From the IMG/VR virus record IMGVR_UViG_3300035698_029580: a DNA stretch of 64,000 nucleotides; one strand, given 5' to 3'. The stretch is from a virus. Its lineage: Duplodnaviria; Caudoviricetes. Positions 61,786-64,000 of this stretch are shown piece after piece. The notes under the pieces were generated by a model. The model was not told where the DNA came from. It searched no databases and saw only the letters and a list, made by a program, of their open reading frames with translations. How positions within the stretch are numbered: the first letter of the stretch is position 1; the number at the start of each line of letters is the position of its first letter. The position numbers were made by a program, and so were the translations under genes.

Positions 61786-62439
61786 ATGGAAAAAGATAAT
61801 ATAATATTATGTAAAAATAGTATATTAGAAATAATAAATAATAGATCCTACTCGTGCCTAAGATTGGCTCAAGATATAGATGAATTGGCTTCAAAAAATA
61901 AGTGGGAACAAATCTCTAAAGATGGTAAAAATTATAATGTCTATCTCAATAATAAAAAAACTCCTTCTAAAATTCAATGCCCCTATGGACCTGTAGGAAA
62001 ATTTCTGAATGTCCAAGAATCATGGGCAGATGTCACTAATCTAGTTAATTGGAAAACTAAAAATAAAAAACCTCCACATGATGAGTATAAGGTAGTTGCC
62101 CATCAAGCCGATGGACAAGTTAGAGATTGTACTATGGCTCTCTGGCCTCCTCAAGATTTTGTCATAAATGATATGAAAAAAAAAGATCTTATTAAATGGA
62201 ATTCTCCTCTTGATATGCCTCAATATTACTCCAGATTTCATCTGATCCCTACCCTTATTTCCTTACTAAAATTACAACAATCTTTCTCTCTATATTCCTA
62301 TTTTGATGAAATTATTACTGAACCAGTAGAAAATTCAGTTATGCTCCCTGATGATAATAAATGGGTGTGGTCCATAAACTTTAAAGTAGTAAAACCTTCC
62401 TATTGCTGGATCACAGATAAAGAATGGTTCGGGGAATAA
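61786..62439 (+). CDS. phage protein of the CPYG...WxxxxxMP type
   Basis: CPYGPVG..L.V.E.W, WNSPLDMP...SR..L, WVW.I.F. Confidence 0.55.
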   Translation: MEKDNIILCKNSILEIINNRSYSCLRLAQDIDELASKNKWEQISKDGKNYNVYLNNKKTPSKIQCPYGPVGKFLNVQESWADVTNLVNWKTKNKKPPHDEYKVVAHQADGQVRDCTMALWPPQDFVINDMKKKDLIKWNSPLDMPQYYSRFHLIPTLISLLKLQQSFSLYSYFDEIITEPVENSVMLPDDNKWVWSINFKVVKPSYCWITDKEWFGE

Positions 62440-63193
62440 TTATGTATCTTTTATTATTAGTTTATTTGACTTTTGGAATTCTAACCAATTTCGCCCTAAA
62501 AGAAGATATGAAAAAATTAATGGGGAACGATAAAATGACGTGGAAATATAAAGCTGGATTACTAGTAGCTAGCCTTATCTTCTGGCCTTTTCTCTTCTTA
62601 TTCTCCCTTATCTATGTCTTCCTAAATATAGTAAAAAAAATACTCGATGTCTCAAAATTTGTTAAACAAAAATTTCGCGGAAAATAAAAACTAATGATAA
62701 AAAATGATATTAGCACTATGGAAATGAAAAAATTTGTGATGATGGATTTTATCTATAATGCAAAAGAAATGAAAGAATTTGTAAATACCTTACCCTCAAT
62801 AGTTACTCTTTATAGCCACGTTATATGTATGAATTCTAATTCTCCTCATACAATATCATTCTGTCCTTTTAATTGGAATAATGAACTTATTTCAGATAAA
62901 TCTTATTCTCATATTTATGCGTTTTTTCTTAATAAAAATGATGCTGAAATATATAGAAATTATTATTCAGATATTACATCAGATTTAAAATGTAACTACA
63001 CTACAAAACAAATGTATCCTAAATTTAAAATTTTTCGTCATTATAGAGAAAATCTGCCAATTAAAGAATTCTCCAGTCCAAAACAAAATATTACTACCGC
63101 GGGAAATATTGTTCTTAAATATTGGGGATATCATTCTTCTCTTACTTCTATACTCTCTAATTCTTTTACCTTAAAAAATACTAAGGAATAATT

Positions 63194-64000
63194 ATGATTT
63201 GCTTCTATCATTCTGCTGACTTAGATGGAAAATGCTCTGCTGCTATTGTTAAATATGTATATCCCAGTTGTGAACTTTATCCCTGGGACTATGGAGATCC
63301 ATTACCAGAAATAGAATACTTTAACCATGATAAAGTGTTTATTATAGATATCTTCTTCCCTCCTGAAAAAATGAAGTGGATTGAAGAAAATGTGAAATGT
63401 CCCATCTGGATAGATCATCATGTATCGTCTATTAATACCGCTGAAAAACATAATCTCAATTTTCGACAGTGCAACGGTATTCAAAAAGTGGGAAAAGCTG
63501 CCTGCGAACTTACCTGGGAATTCCTCTCGAGATATGATATCCTTAAACCTAATAATGTCCCAATAGCAGTTACTCTTCTAGGAAGATATGATGTCTGGGA
63601 TCTAGATTATAATTTATCTGTTCTCCCCTTTCAATATGGGATGAGAGTAGAAAAAACAGATCCCCAGTCCCTTCTTTGGAAAACTTTATTTGAAAATCCT
63701 GAAAGTCCAGGATCACATACAATAGATAAACTAGAAACCATTGAAGAAAAGGGAGAAATTATTATAGAATATGAAAAATTCCAGGCAGAAGAATATCTTA
63801 ATTCCTATTCCTTTACCACCAAAATTAAAGATTATAATGCCCTATCTGTTAATAGAGGAAAAGTAAATTCTCTCTTCTTTAATTCACATTTTAATCCCGA
63901 AATCCATGATCTAATGTGCTCCTTTGTTATGTCTTCTAATCAAAATTGGTATGTTTCTTTCTATACTACTAAAGATAATGTGGATTGCTCCAAATTAGCT
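63194..64000 (+). CDS. DHH-family phosphoesterase (runs off the window)
   Basis: MICFYHSADLDGKCSAAIV...IIDIS...WIDHH...AACELTW...YDVW. Confidence 0.85.
   Translation, partial: MICFYHSADLDGKCSAAIVKYVYPSCELYPWDYGDPLPEIEYFNHDKVFIIDIFFPPEKMKWIEENVKCPIWIDHHVSSINTAEKHNLNFRQCNGIQKVGKAACELTWEFLSRYDILKPNNVPIAVTLLGRYDVWDLDYNLSVLPFQYGMRVEKTDPQSLLWKTLFENPESPGSHTIDKLETIEEKGEIIIEYEKFQAEEYLNSYSFTTKIKDYNALSVNRGKVNSLFFNSHFNPEIHDLMCSFVMSSNQNWYVSFYTTKDNVDCSKLA

Noticed and set aside
864-63484. Minus-strand ORFs in the track (for example 4778-5311, 17808-18278, 28231-28782, 45371-45856)
   Set aside because: They are antisense shadows of + strand genes or tRNAs, with no recognisable motifs.
1-64000. Genome-wide stop-codon reassignment suggested by CUA/UCA loops
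   Set aside because: Long conserved genes are intact in code 11, and many end at TAG or TGA right before the next gene. Only one in-frame TGA was seen.

Overview
AT-rich, gene-dense window with essentially all real genes on the + strand, consistent with a large (jumbo-type) phage genome. A dockerin-like protein with DPN motifs weakly suggests a Planctomycetota (Phycisphaerae-like) host; this is inference. The centre (about 17.4-39.4 kb) is an RNA/translation-rescue region. It holds a Ro60/TROVE gene followed by six Y-RNA-like hairpin repeats, one carrying a complete circularly permuted tRNA module with a UCA anticodon loop. Next come a 32-codon leader ORF with competing antiterminator/terminator hairpins and a dispersed array of about 31 tRNA or tRNA-like genes covering all 20 amino acids. 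Several are atypical: an overlapping Asp/Gly pair, an 8/4 Ser, a D-armless Tyr, a CUA-anticodon tRNA-like gene, and a Leu(UAA) with a group I intron at position 26/27. A T4 Rnl1-like RNA ligase, a metallophosphoesterase and a sigma factor lie upstream. About 24 copies of a TTTTCCAGCA-N16/17-TATARR promoter-like motif punctuate 5-45 kb. The window also encodes a WGR-PARP, NADAR, an orphan Cas6 preceded by a single repeat-like hairpin, orphan antitoxin-like fragments, DNA methyltransferases, HNH nucleases, a Trp-repeat paralogue family, four MNWY-tagged proteins and several unassigned structured RNA candidates. All calls were made by eye from the sequence; no searches were run.
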